From contig OZ024747.1 of assembly GCA_964016885.1 (NCBI GenBank), positions 18,600,001 through 18,664,000 of the forward strand: a stretch of DNA of 64,000 bases, read 5' to 3'. A program made the position numbers and the translations under genes. The notes under the pieces are model-generated. The model worked only from the letters and a program-made list of their open reading frames with translations, did no database searches and was not told where the DNA came from. Source of the DNA: Eledone cirrhosa (taxonomy: Eukaryota). Position 1 is the first letter of the stretch. Each line of letters opens with the position of its first letter. Positions 29,713 to 43,938 of this stretch are shown in pieces.

Positions 29713-30455
29713 ATTATTATGAAGGTCAGAAATGATTTTGTGTAATGTGACTGGTGTTTTACAGTCGTACTTTCATTTCTAATATATCCGCGTTTATTCT
29801 CTTCAGAAACAATTTAAATTAAAAATATTTCTGGAAACACCAGAAAATAAAGAAAGATAATTCCTTAACTTTGCTTGAACTCAGTTCTTGTACAACTAGT
29901 CTAATTAATACTAGGATTATAATGTTGGCCCTCCGCCGGTTACGACGATGAGTGTTTCAGTTGATACTATTAACAGAACAGCCTGGTCATGAAATTAACG
30001 ATAAAGTGGCTGAGCCTTATACAGATACGTGTACTCTTAAAGTAGTCCTAGTGAGATTCAACATTATGCATTGTGTGACAAGGTCGACCTTTTAGATTAC
30101 AGTTGCAACTAATTTTAGGCCAGCTGGGTGAACCGTAGCAACGTGAAATAAAGTTTCTTGCTCAAGAACACAACACCGTCGATCGTGAGCTGAACACCTT
30201 ATTATGCACCTGCCATACATCTTCAATAGGATTATTGTGTGAGCTATATATATGTGAGAAAAACCACAGACCCTCCATCTCAACTCACCTTTTGAAAAGC
30301 AGCAGAACTGCGAAACCGGTAAAGGAACCAAATAAATATATATATTTTTAAAAAAAATAAGACTCCAGTTGCATTTTCGATTTCATCTCTTTTTCTTTAT
30401 ACTTTCACTCGCGTAGGACACCTCGTTTATTTTTCATTTTGTAAAAAAACCTCAC

Positions 30456-30505
<50 letters not shown>

Positions 30506-30567
30506 GCATATATATATATATATACACACACACACGCATATATATATATATATATATATACACGCGC

Positions 30568-30608
<41 letters not shown>

Positions 30609-31411
30609 TGCATACATTACACACGTACGTAGATATTTGGAAAAAAGAAGCTCATATTTTCATACACTAACTAAAAAGCTCAACGTCTGAAGAAAATTAG
30701 GGTCAATGCGCTTTGATATTTACAGAAAAAGAACTTCTAGTGAGGAGAAACATGTGCCGAGCAGCTTTCGGTGTAAGAAACCGAAATAGATAAAAGAGTC
30801 TTCATAAAATTAGCTGACTTCACCTTTGGAATATGCGAAAACAGAACCACACATGGCCTTGTTGATAATGTGTCTGCCGAATCAAACATTGCTCTGCTCT
30901 ACTAGCTCTGGTATCTTATTTTTATATTTTTTTAAACTGTTAAATCAGGGAAGAAAAGGCTGTGCCCATGACTCTTTTCAGGGTCTCTGAGACACGTGGA
31001 AGTGAGAGAGGAAAGTATCCTTTAAATGGAAATCTGTCCTGAATGCTTGCAACAGAATGAACTTTGCTAAAGGTATCCAAGAATCAGGTGGTGGTGGTAA
31101 ACCGAGCAATTGATTACGTCTCCCAGTTAAGAATGCCACAGTTTTATTTAAACCCAGAACACAAAAAGTTGGATAAAATGACACGCGGTATCAAATTACA
31201 GCCCTTTACGTTCTGAGTTCAAATTCCACCGTGGTTAGCTTTGCCTTTCACCATATGCGGTATTTTTTCTTGATCTTTACATATTGAATTCAAATCCAGT
31301 CGGGCTCAACTTTGCCTTTTGTCCTTTCGAGGTCGATAAAAACGTTTCAGTTCAGTATTGGGGCGGGACAGGGATTCTTCCCCCATATATATTTCTCACT
31401 TCCTCTCTGTG

Positions 31412-31496
<85 letters not shown>

Positions 31497-32289
31497 CTCT
31501 CTCTCTCTTTCTCTCTATCATTTTTATCCCTTTCTCTGGAAGAAATCAGCTATATTCAGACCCAGTGAGAAGATGGGCTCCGCCAGGTTTTAAAGGTGGC
31601 CCCCAAATGCCGTATATCACTATGTTTATATGATCATATCCTAGAAATAAATTATCAAAATATCCGTTTTTTTGTCTTTAATCAATTCAATGTGTCAGTA
31701 ATCAATATAAACTATAAGGTTTCTTTTATGCAGGCTATTAATTTATCAAAACGTAAATTTCCCAGTTCCTATAATTGTTCATATACCTGGTAATCCTGAT
31801 ATATATATGGTATACCAATCCTGAACTCTGAAACTTAACTACGTTCAATGCTATTGCCGTCATTATTGATAGCACTGATACTCTAGTTAAATATATATCA
31901 TTATTCAACATTATTCAACTTGTGCTGTCTATATATATATCGTGGGAGCTAATGCAGGAGACATCGTGATACAATGGGGTGCATTGTTTACAGAAAATAT
32001 ACCACACAGGCAACATTTGTTATCTATATTGTAATTATTTATTTTAATATGTCTCGTGGTGGTGGCCTTCTCCTGAATAGTGAATGCTATCGCTTCTGGT
32101 GTTCCATCGGAGCATGAATCTGTTTAACCAGATCATAGTTTTCTTCTCCTTTTTAATTGATATGTGGGACATTGAGTATGGCGAATAATTATCGTAGAAA
32201 TGCATGCCAACATGCTTGTTCACTATAGTCATCTTATATGTTATTGATATGCCTGTTGGTATGTGGAACATTCGATATTGTGGAAGTAT

Positions 32290-33390
32290 TGGCTCCGAGT
32301 CCAAATACCGCCGAGGTCAACACTGGATCGATATAATCGACTTTACCTTCACCCCAAAATTGCTGGCCTTCTGCCTAAATTAGAAAGATTTATTAATGTA
32401 GTGGGTTGAGAGAGTTGATAGAGTGTTGGACAAATGTTTAGCAGTATTTATTCCGGATGTTCAGTTTCTGAGTTCAAATCTCGCCAGGGACAACTTTGTA
32501 TTTCATCCTTCCGGGGTCGATAAAATAAAGTACCAGTCAAGTACTAGAGTTGACTTTTAGCCTCTACCAAAATTTCTGCCCTTGAGCCTATCTTAGAAAT
32601 CATTCTGCACAGTAAATTGGCAGAATTGTTAGTAGGTCGGATGAAATGCATTTCAGTATTTCGTTCTGCTGTCAAGTAGCTCCGAGGTCAACTTTGTCTT
32701 TCATTCTTTCAGAGTCGATAAATAAAGTATCAATCAAGTATTGGAATCGGTATAACCGATTCCCCATCCCCAAATTGCTGGTCTTGTACCAAAGGTAGAA
32801 AATATTATTATTGCTTTTGTTATTGTCATATATATAAATAATAATAATAATAATAATTGTTTCTACTATTGGCACAAGGCCAGCAATTACCCAGTACATT
32901 ACTGGTACTTTATTTTATCGACCCCGTAAGGATGAAAGGCAAAGTTAACTTCGGCGGGATTTGAACTCAGAATGGCAAGGGCCGTAACTCTATGCGTCAA
33001 ATCATGGTGTCCGACTCTCTACCGATACTACCAATTCACCAATAATAATAAACATAAATAATAAATAAAGAAACCGTTATTGTCATATAGTTATAACCCT
33101 TTACGTTCTGAGTTCAGTTGAAGTTAGCTTTGCATTTCATCCTTATGGGAGTCGATAAAATAAAGCACCAGTGATGCACTGGGGTCGATTGGCAATATCA
33201 GTAGGGCGCCGGGCAACGTGCTGTGTAGCATAGAGTTGCGGCCCTATGCGTTCTGAAGTCAAATCCGGCCGAGGTTAAGCTTTGCCTTTCAGCCTTACGG
33301 GGTCGATAAAATAAAGCACCAGTAATGCACTGAGGTCGATTTTTAATCGACTTTCCCCCACCCCACAAATTGCTGGCCTTGTAGAAATCA
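32290..33390. mobile_element. Cluster of old and young Meta-type SINE copies on both strands
   Basis: Repeated tttcatcctt..ggggtcgataaaataaagtaccag motifs; a young minus-strand copy at 32857-33040. Confidence 0.8.
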
Positions 33391-33729
33391 TCATTATATG
33401 ACTTTGCCTAAAATAACGTAAATCCCAAACATCCGGTGGGAGGAAGGGAGAGATTGGAGTGGGGGAAAACTAAAGGTTGTACCAAAGTAATATTGTATCT
33501 GGCCCTACCTAACCCGAGACACGAAGGACTGTGGCCTTTTACTATCAGCTGCAGATGTCAGAAGTAAACGTGCGTTGTGTGTGTCAATTTATATGTTTGT
33601 CTCTGTGTGTGTGTGTAAGCCAGATAGTCATGTCATCTGCCTAACCAGACAACTAGTGTCACTATCTTCATCTCATCAGTATAACACAACACCAATCTAA
33701 CTATTTACACCCTCACATGATGACACAAA

Positions 33730-33810
<81 letters not shown>

Positions 33811-34074
33811 GAGAGATGGATAGAGATTGCGTATGGGAGTGTGGAGAGAGTGAGAAAGAGGAGGGGTATGGGAGAAGTGGGGAAAGAGAGGAGGAGGAGG
33901 GCTATGAGAGAAATGGGGAGAGTGTGAGATACAAAAATATGGTGAAAGAGAGAATCGTGAGTTCTTCGGCATATTGGTCATTTAACCAGAACCATCCATA
34001 ATCTGCTACGTGTTTCAGGCTTGATAATACAGACGACATATTCTCCAAGTGACTGTAGGTAGGCGTTTGTAGGA

Positions 34075-34163
<89 letters not shown>

Positions 34164-34164
<1 letters not shown>

Positions 34165-35033
34165 GAGGTGTGTCAGAAAAGTTCCAGGACTGATGTCACA
34201 AAAGATTTATTTCAAGCCCAAACTTCACACTAAGAATTTTCCCCTTCAAAGTAATCCCCCTGGAGTATATAACTCTAATATTAGCTCTCTGCAGCGATCA
34301 AACTTTTTTCTTCATAATTTTATATACATGTCCTCTGTTTCAGCTCGTCAAGCAATGAGCACAGAACAACGAACAAATTTGAAGTTTCTGGTACGGTTGG
34401 GGAAAACTCCGTCAGAAGCACTGGGATTGCTGCAGCAAGTGTATGGAGATGAGACGATGTCACGCTCACGTGATGACTCCAGGAGCGGAAGGCCCTCAAC
34501 AACCAGGACTGAGGTCAACGTTAAGCGCGTCAGGCAGATGGTGCGTAGCGATCGTCGGCTGACTGTTCGACTGAGGGCAAATGAGCTGGGCATGAATCGG
34601 GACAGCGTCTGGAAGATTCTCACTAAAGGTTTGGACATGCGGAAAGTCTGCGCGAAGATGGTGCCAAAACTGCTGAACGATGACCAGAAGGGTCGACGCA
34701 TGCAAGTGTGCCAGAACATCCTGGAGCGTCTTGAAACCGAACTAGATTTGCTAGGGACAGTCATCACCGGTGATAAGTCATGGATCTTCGAGTACGACCC
34801 GGAGGGGACCCGTTTTGAAGACGTAGACGACATCAAAAAGGCCGCGTGACGACGAAGCTGTGGAGGATCCCGGAAGAATCCTTCCAGGAGTGCATGCAAG
34901 CGTGGCAGAAAAGGATGAAAAAGTGCATTAGACTCCAGGGGGATTACTTTGAAGGAGAAAACTCTTAGTGTGAAGTTTGGGTTTGAAATAAATTTTTTGT
35001 GACATCAGTCCTGGAACTTTTCTGACACACCTC

Positions 35034-35034
<1 letters not shown>
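34164..35034 (+). mobile_element. Internally deleted mariner DNA transposon in (TA)n
   Basis: TIRs of about 100 bp (CGAGGTGTGTCAGAAAAGTTCCAGGACTGATGTCACAAAA...), TA target duplication, transposase remnant. Confidence 0.95.
34355..34968 (+). pseudogene. Mariner transposase pseudogene
   Basis: MSTEQRTNLKFLVRLGKTPSEA..., RSGRPST, VCAKMVPKLL (WVPHEL motif), ITGDKSWIFEYDPE, then a jump to GTRFEDVDDIK and a frameshift to ...KCIRLQGDYFEG. It lacks part of the first HTH and most of the catalytic core (second D and YSPDLAP.D). Confidence 0.92.
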
Positions 35035-35092
<58 letters not shown>

Positions 35093-35223
35093 TAGTTATA
35101 GTATTAGCTATAATCCCGTTTGCTCACATTTACTTGCGCAATGAGATATAGTTTGTACTTGTACAGAACAAAACCTGTCTCAAAGTGCTAACAAACTGTA
35201 TATTCGTAATATGGCGTTTGTAC

Positions 35224-35292
<69 letters not shown>

Positions 35293-35651
35293 GTGTGTGT
35301 GTGTATTCGTTTATTATGTTTAAGTAGTGAGTCTTGTTACTCTGGAGTTTCACCTGGGCACTCGCAGTATCATCATACAAGACAGTATTGTCTAATGATC
35401 CTACGACTGCGTAACAAGATTCACCACTGAATATTTAAACTTTTTTCGGTATTGAGTACTCCTTTCTCTTGGTCGTCGACTACATACTTTTCTGATGGTA
35501 AAGTGTTTTACTGTACCAAGGATTTTTTTCATTTTTCTACTATTTATCGAAGTTCTGTTGCACATTTGTAGACTCTGAATAGCAAACAAACCTTGAAGAA
35601 TCTTGGTTGGCAAGTCCAAAGAAAATAAATACATATGACAATCCATGATTA

Positions 35652-35715
<64 letters not shown>

Positions 35716-35720
<5 letters not shown>

Positions 35721-35773
35721 GTAAGTATGTATGTATACGTACATACATATATGTATACAGACGTACAGTAGCA

Positions 35774-35817
<44 letters not shown>

Positions 35818-36061
35818 CAGGCACACATATATATATGCACGTATCAGTTTACCGAACATTTATTATAATGTTCGCTTTGTTCGTTTGTAAACAAACGAAC
35901 AGCCTGATTTACGCCGTACAGTGTTCAGGCAACCACGTCACCTTTTTGTTCAACACTGACACAGGAACGATGTACTAGTTTCAAGCTTGTTAGCTATCGT
36001 CAGCACCGTATACCTTTCTATGTTCGGTAAACTGATACGTGCATATATATATGTGTGCCTG

Positions 36062-36103
<42 letters not shown>

Positions 36104-36161
36104 TGCTACTGTACGTCTGTATACATATATGTATGTACGTATACATACATACTTACATTTA
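35716..36161. repeat. Fold-back cassette with arms of about 140 bp around a hammerhead-containing spacer
   Basis: 35716-35859 is the reverse complement of 36020-36161, including an internal (TA)n. Confidence 0.85.
35967..36009 (-). ncRNA. Minimal type I hammerhead ribozyme
   Basis: Minus strand: ACGGTG-CTGACGA-tAGCT(aaca)AGCTt-GAAA-CTAG-TA-CATCGT; palindromic stem III ACTAGT; GUA site. Confidence 0.8.
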
Positions 36162-36207
36162 AGTAAGTGCCGTACTAAGAGTGAGAAATGAAATTTCGTT
36201 TCATTCT

Positions 36208-36263
<56 letters not shown>

Positions 36264-36698
36264 GCGTGCGTGTTTGTGTACACACACACATCCATGTTCC
36301 AGCTCCTAGAATCTAGGAGAATACCTTAACAGCTGGAGGTTATTACCCAGCAAAATAAATGAACATGCGTATATAACTATTTATACATACGTGCGTTCGT
36401 GTGATTTACGTTTGCGGAATGTACGCAATTACGATTGTATACATTACAGTGTGTATGTTTACATGTCCGTATTACAACCTGGTGTATATATATATATATA
36501 TATAAATATCGAAAGAAGGACCGGGATAAAGCAAAAGGAGAAACAGACAAATCTATAAATATAAACTTCCTGTTAAACATCCCTCTATATCTCTATATTA
36601 CTGTTCCTGATAAAGTTTTAGGGTTCTAGATGAGGTTTGAGGGTGGGGTGTCAGTGTCACACCATTTAAATAAGGATCCATCCGAATTGGTTGTTAAA

Positions 36699-36741
<43 letters not shown>

Positions 36742-36748
36742 ACACATA

Positions 36749-36795
36749 CAGAGTGTCCCAAAAAATCTATACACACTTCAACACCATTCTAATAA
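36749..36795 (+). mobile_element. Tc1-like mini-MITE fragment
   Basis: TA-CAGAGTGTCCCAAAAAATCTATACACACTTCAACACCATTCTAAT; an inverted homologue lies at 37510-37576. Confidence 0.55.
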
Positions 36796-36803
36796 AAGTA
36801 TGT

Positions 36804-36889
<86 letters not shown>

Positions 36890-37057
36890 AATTAGAATGA
36901 CAGAAAGAAGTTCAACTGATATTGTGGAAGTCACTTCTTTGCTTGCTGACTTTACGTCTGAACACACTTAAATAATGTTATCACCCAAATCCCAAATTTG
37001 GGGATAATCTAAGTCCATTAAAGTTCTTTCACTCGCTATATGTAGCATGAAAGATTC

Positions 37058-37195
<138 letters not shown>

Positions 37196-37437
37196 GAGAA
37201 CACTGGAAGGTAATATCCGTAGTGGTAGAGCACTCAGTCTATGGGACGAGTTAGGTAGGAGTAGTAACACAACAGTTAATTCACCATACCGAGAACAATT
37301 ATTCTCGGTATGGTAAACTAACTGTTGTGTTACTACTTATATATATATATATATAAGGTAAACAGAAATAACAACACAATTGGAACAGTATATGGAAGGA
37401 ATATGTTAGATTAACACTTGAAGTAGCAGGAAGAGGG

Positions 37438-37472
37438 TCTTAACATTTCGGACGCTAGTCCTTCATCAGAGG
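37438..37472 (-). ncRNA. Minimal hammerhead-like motif (weak stems I and III)
   Basis: Minus strand: CT-CTGATGA-a-GGAC(tagc)GTCC-GAAA-TGT-TA-AG. The adjacent family sequence recurs at about 23110-23180, 41105-41190 and 54570-54640. Confidence 0.55.
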
Positions 37473-37509
37473 AAAGAATGAGAAATTAGATAGATTGAAG
37501 GGACGGGCG

Positions 37510-37576
37510 GAGTCCCAAAAAATGTATACACATTAGAATGCTGTTGAAGTGTGTATGTATTTTGGGGGGCACCCTG
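37510..37576 (-). mobile_element. Tc1-like mini-MITE
   Basis: About 67 bp with inverted ends gagtcccaaaaaatgtatacac / gtgtatgtattttggggggcaccctg-TA. Confidence 0.55.
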
Positions 37577-38070
37577 TATATATATATATATAGTAATAAT
37601 AATAAATTTGAAGACTAAAATCCAAAGGGGGCTCGATAAGTATAAATATATATCAAATATATAAGAATCGTAGAGCAAATATTTATTAAAATAACAGATT
37701 AAAGTTTAAGCAAAGAATCGTTGCTTTCATCCTTAACGAGATCTTCTGAAATTCAGAAGATCCCGTTAAGGGTGAAAGCAGCGATTCTTTGCTTAAACTT
37801 TAATCTGTTATTTTAATAAATATATATATATATATACACATATATAATAAGAAAAAGACGATGAAGTTTCGTTTACAAGTGTCTGTTTTTATTGATGATC
37901 GATCTGTTTTATTGATGATCGATCTGTTACGTGCGTTTCGCAGATGATTGTCCCAAGGTCTACCTGTAAAAGACAGTTTTACATTTTCCACTTTTATTTA
38001 TTGCCTTACATAACACCCCTTGTGTACATTATATATAATGTGTGTACTTATTATATGTACACACATACAC

Positions 38071-38126
<56 letters not shown>

Positions 38127-38247
38127 GCATACAAACACGTATGTTTGCATTTATATTTACATATATGTATACATATATATGTGTGCGTGTGTATTAAATA
38201 TGTGATATTATTTTATATACATATATTATATATACACCTACACAGGG

Positions 38248-38425
38248 GGATTGGCAGTATCAGTAGAGGGTCGGACGCCATGCTTTCCAGCATAGTTACG
38301 TCCCTTTACGATCTGAGTTCAAATCCCGCCGAGGTTGACTTTGCCTTTCATCCTTACGGGGTCGATAAAATAAAGTACCAGTAATGCCCCGGGTAATTGC
38401 TGGCCTTGTGCCTAAAGTAGAAACA
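38248..38425 (+). mobile_element. Meta-type SINE
   Basis: Consensus match. Confidence 0.85.
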
Positions 38426-38806
38426 ATTATTTTATATACATATATTATATATACACCTACACACACACACACACACGCACACATATATATATATATAATC
38501 CATCAACCTATCCTTATATCAAATAAAATTCCAAGTCAGACAGATTCATTTCGCATCTTTAATCTATTCCTTATCTGTACATTAACAACACATCGGATAC
38601 AATCCCTATGAGACCCTCCCTCCCCCCCATTTCAAATTCTAATACACCTTCTTACTACCGCTTCACTCCCCACTTATAGTCTATACACTTCTCTTTCATG
38701 TACATCGCCCAAAATATCACAAACTCAATCCTTATTGGCCTGCTCTCTCCACAGTCAAGAATTCTTTCGAAATGAAACGTTGAAAACACCAAATACCTAT
38801 TTTAGT

Positions 38807-38861
<55 letters not shown>

Positions 38862-39654
38862 ATACATAGATAGATATTTATTTATTTATATATCTAACTT
38901 CATAATTGTTTCTACTTTTGGCACAAGGCCAGCACATACCCAGTACATTACTGGTACTTTATTTTATCGACCCTGTAAGGATGAAAGGCAGAGTGAACCT
39001 CGGCGGGAGGTTATATATAACTTCATAATGACGATGGCGCAGTTACATATAATCATAAACACATACATACACACGCACACAAATCTCAAGGCTTTCCCCA
39101 CATTTAATGAAATGTGTATTAAGAGATTGTCTTTCATCCTTTCGAGGTCGACAAAACAAGTACCAGTCTAGTACTGGGGTTGATCCTTCCTCAATACCTC
39201 TTTCTCATTTTCCTCTCTCCCACTTTCTATATTTCCCAGGAAAAAATCTGCTGTTATCAGGCCTGGAGAGGGGTGGGCTCCACCAGGCTTAGAATGCCCA
39301 AGAAACGCCGCATGTCAATACGGCGCTCCTACGACTCTATCAGGAGATACGGGAAAATATAGGAAAAGAATTAAGAGACTAAACGACTTCGTGGTGATAT
39401 TCTTGAACCCCCAGAGAACAACTAGTAGTAATAAGAAACAGTGGCAAACAACAGCTCTTTATCGACTGTTTACAAGTAATAACTTGCCACTTGCCACTGT
39501 CTTCTACTTCCTATTATAAATACTACAGCGAACTCGACCTGAAAGCAACATACTATTTTAATCAACCATAAAAATACGACGAGTGTGTGTATGTGTAAGA
39601 ATTAAACATTTATTTACACATATACATACTTTGCATTTCCTATCGCAGTCATTA

Positions 39655-40435
39655 TCTATATACATAAACAGCAATTTCTGTCTGTTTGTTTGTTTGTTTG
39701 TTTGTGAACCTAAAACTCATAAACTACCAAACCGATCTTGATGAAACTTGACACGTGTGTGGGTCTCATGCCCATTTGATTTCTTACGTATATTTCATTT
39801 TAATCAAAGGGTTTCCCGGGGGCTGAAACCCCTGCTGAAATATTTTTTCCTTCGATTTATATGAAATTTAAGCCATAGATAAATGACAACATATGATGCC
39901 TATTCTCAAAATTTCAGCAAATTTTAATAATATTAAGACACCCTAATGGGGGTTAAACCTCCTATAGTGAAAATTTTGACCAATAAATGGAACAAGATTT
40001 CACTAACTCCTCCTATATATATTCTGAAACTACATTGCCCAGGGTACTTGGATAACTATATTTCATTTTAAGCAAAGAGTTCCCTGGGAGCACAAAACTC
40101 CCGCTGAAAATGTTTCCCCTTCGATTTATATGAAATTTAAATGACAAGATATGATGTCTATTCACAAATTTTCAGCAAATTTCAATAATATTAAGACACC
40201 CTAATGGGGGTTCTATTTCTTTCCTTATAGCAACACTCAACTTCTCTGACAAACATGTTTTCCCCTGACAATATCAACAATATTTGTTTACATTATTGTT
40301 TCGTAAATGAATTTGTCTTCACTTTTGATTATCTGTCCTATATTTTGATTTCATTTTTGGTCTGAGAAGCATTGGGCATTTTAATGGGAACTGGGAATAC
40401 CCCCGCTCCCGGGTATTACCGGGTACCTCAGCTAG
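39655..40435 (+). mobile_element. Non-autonomous Helitron with an internal duplication
   Basis: 5' A|TCTATATA; 3' hairpin CCCGGGTATTACCGGG plus CTAG|T; the segment at about 39790-39952 is repeated at about 40059-40212. Confidence 0.82.
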
Positions 40436-40898
40436 TATTACAATAAGACATCGAAACCCTATTGTTCTCCCTGCAAATAATTATTTCTCTAGAGTTGCTC
40501 ATGCATTTAACCCTGTGTCATTTGTACCAATATGCTGAATACTTATGTAATCATATCCTAGAAATATAATATTAGAATACGGTTCTCACCTTTAATTACT
40601 TCCACGAGTCTATATTCAACATAAACCATTGGGTTTCTCTTAAACAAACTATTAATTTTTTCCAAACGCAAATTTCCCAGCTTACATGATTTTCCATATA
40701 TTCAGTAATCCTGGATTATATAGCATACCAACCCTGGACTTCAAAAATTAAACACGTCCCCTTCTCAGTTGTCTGCTTGGGGTCTCCGAGACCCCCAGCA
40801 GACAACTGAAGAGGGAACCTGTCCCTTGTTTGTGCTTTCCTTTTATTTCTAAATACACTTTATCAAGTAACCACACAGCCCATTGTTCTTTCTCTCTC

Positions 40899-40929
<31 letters not shown>

Positions 40930-40952
40930 AAAAAGTACACAGAAATACACAT

Positions 40953-41105
<153 letters not shown>

Positions 41106-41192
41106 GATAAACAGAAATAACAACACAATCGGTGCAGTATATGGAAGGGATAAATTAGGTTAACGCTTGATATAGCAGGAAGAGGGTATATA

Positions 41193-41255
<63 letters not shown>

Positions 41256-41533
41256 CATCAAGCCGTATTTAATGGCTATGCTCTAGCTTAGTCACAGCTG
41301 AATGGCTGTAACAAGTAAAAGATTACTCACTAAGAAAGAATATCTTATAAAAATATTTATAATAAATCAAGTTGAATTAACATCGCTGGTTCTCATTAAG
41401 CATTAACTTCGTTAGTTTTTCACCCACACAGCTGAGGAAACACTCCAGTAACATATGTGTGACCTGTTGCAATTTAGATGTCTGTAAATTGATACATATA
41501 TATACATATATATATATATATACATATATATAT

Positions 41534-41710
41534 ACAAGAATATGTACACTCTGCATAAGTGAAACATATTGGATTTTACAGAACCTTAAATCACCAAAAA
41601 CCTGCCTAAATACAAAAACAGAAATTTTCACCAGTTGCCCACACATGAAATCACACTTGCTTTCCAACTCATATAAACTTAACTCACTTTCAGATACTTA
41701 TCCTCCATAA
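41534..41710 (+). pseudogene. Probable C-terminal remnant of a Penelope-like element ORF (downstream of GIY-YIG)
   Basis: TRICTLCISETYWILQNLKSPKTCLNTKTEIFTSCPHMKSHLLSN resembles the PLE C-terminal pattern C.LC..EK..I...LNKR.E....C.H...LL; it begins abruptly after (TA)n. Confidence 0.65.
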
Positions 41711-42957
41711 ACTCTTATTCTTCACTTTCCTTAAATTATCCTCTTTACATACTTCTCTTTCTGATTTACTTTCTTTTTTAACTTTATTTTTAATTTTATT
41801 TTTATTTTTGCTTCACATCCACCAGTAACCCCCCACCCTACTTTTCGATTCACATACCTAATATCTTCACATTCCACATTTTACTTCCCCATTTTCTTTC
41901 ACTACCTGATATCACGTGTCACTTGCGTTTTCCCCACTAGATATATTCTGTTGTTTCGCAGCCGATTTTATATTTGTACTCATTTATTCATACGGCTGGT
42001 TTATAATCTGTATCTATGTGCGTGAGTGTGCATATGTGTGTATACGTTCTGTATATGTATACGAACGCCTCCGTATGTGTGCGTGCGTACGTATATATAT
42101 GTGTGTGTATGTGTGTTTTTATATCTATGTTTTTTTATATCTATGTTTTTTACATACTTATTTATACGTGTGTGTGTATGCGGGTGAATGTATGTGTATG
42201 TGTATGTATATGTGTGTATATGTATATGTATGTATGGCTGTGTATGTATATATGTATATATATATATAGTCGCGTACGTACGTGTGATTAGATATACATG
42301 TAGCGATATATATATATATATACGTGCCTCGTGTGTATGTATGTACGCATGCATGCGCTTTTGTCTGTACGTATTTGTGTGTATAAATATTTTTATATAT
42401 ATATATGTGTATGTACGTGCGTACCTATGTTTGTTTTCTTTTCTCTAGTGTTAATTGATTACTTTCTCTTTGATTTAAAGAATTTTTTCATTCTCATATA
42501 TTGTTTCATTTGTATACATATATCGAGAATGACACTTCTTTTTACTATTACACCCCCTTCCCTCTTTATCTTCCGCATATAAGTGACCGCGCGTGTGTGT
42601 GTGTTTATACGCGTGCTTTCATACTCGTATATGTATTTAATACCTGTATCTGGATGCGTGTTAACTATATTATCATACAATTTCTTTTTCAACTCATATT
42701 ATATACGTATTTGTGGTCACATATACACAAATATACTTGCCCTCATATATATACTTACGCACACATTTTCACCATACACATGCATTTGTACATACACACA
42801 TATGTACATTTGTGAGTGTATATACATATACACATACCCTAACTATATTTCCTTATTTTTTTATATATCTCTTGCATTACTTTTATTTATATATTTTTGC
42901 CCGTTAAACTCTTGCATTTCTTGAGGAGACTTTTCAAATATTTCACTATGTTTTAAA

Positions 42958-43031
42958 TTGCCTTCTCCGACGAACGAATGAGGACGTTTTTCGTATTCGT
43001 CTTATTCGGGAAACCTCTGGTAATGAGGTAA
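42958..43031 (+). ncRNA. Type I hammerhead motif (U4->C), probably the 3' ribozyme of the PLE remnant
   Basis: TTGCCTTCT-CCGACGA-aCGAATGAGGACG...CGTCTTATTCGg-GAAA-CC(tct)GG-TA-ATGAGGTAA; same architecture as 12522. Confidence 0.65.
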
Positions 43032-43127
43032 TTATATTGTATTGTTTATTATACATTAAATTTTGCTCTGGTACTTACATAGAGCACTCTTCACTTCTAT
43101 GACTTTTTCAATTTTCAACGGAAACTT

Positions 43128-43217
<90 letters not shown>

Positions 43218-43274
43218 GTTGATTTAAAACTGCACTATTCACAAGTGTTTTTTAACCTTCATATCATGTCTTCC

Positions 43275-43345
43275 TATTTTATCTGATGAAAACACAAATG
43301 TTATTGCATGATGATATTTGTTTTTGAAATGCGCATAATAAAATA
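43275..43345 (+). ncRNA. Type I hammerhead ribozyme motif in a repeat unit of about 255 bp (43215-43471)
   Basis: TATTTTAT-CTGATGA-stem II-GAAA-TGCGCA-TA-ATAAAATA; flanked by (TA)n. Confidence 0.8.
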
Positions 43346-43529
43346 CATGGAACTCTTTTAACCATCTTTTGATCTTATATATTATGTATACTCCAGTCCT
43401 ACAAACTGTAGAGTGCTTCTTATCCGATATCTGCATTGCTTTATTATACTACAATAAAACTCACCTCCTACACACATATATATATATATATGTGTGTGTG
43501 TGTACATATATATATTTATATGTATATAT

Positions 43530-43711
43530 GACGAAGGAAGTGTGGTAAGATACCAGGTGGATCATAACGCACCAGAGTACTCGATACTATGGGTAGTAGA
43601 GTGGGTAATAGGAAAAGAGTCAGGACCCCGACGGCCGTTTCAACAGCTAGTTCTGAACCTAGCTGTCGAAAGGGCTGGAGCTCAGCCGTCGGGGTCCTGA
43701 CTCTTTTCCTA

Positions 43712-43712
<1 letters not shown>
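43530..43712. mobile_element. Fold-back copy of the 10687 hammerhead family
   Basis: Inverted arms ataggaaaagagtcaggaccccgacggc / gccgtcggggtcctgactcttttcctat plus the family tail on the minus strand. Confidence 0.7.
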
Positions 43713-43777
<65 letters not shown>

Positions 43778-43896
43778 CTTATATATTTATTCAATTGAAG
43801 AAAGTTGGTTGATTAAAAATTTGCCGACTTTTTCTTCGAAATACGTATAACGAATAAAATAGGGATGTACGAATAAAACTGTCTCTCTTGTTTATT

Positions 43897-43938
<42 letters not shown>

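Noticed and set aside
34348-34899. 183-aa minus-strand ORF
   Set aside because: Antisense shadow of the mariner transposase.
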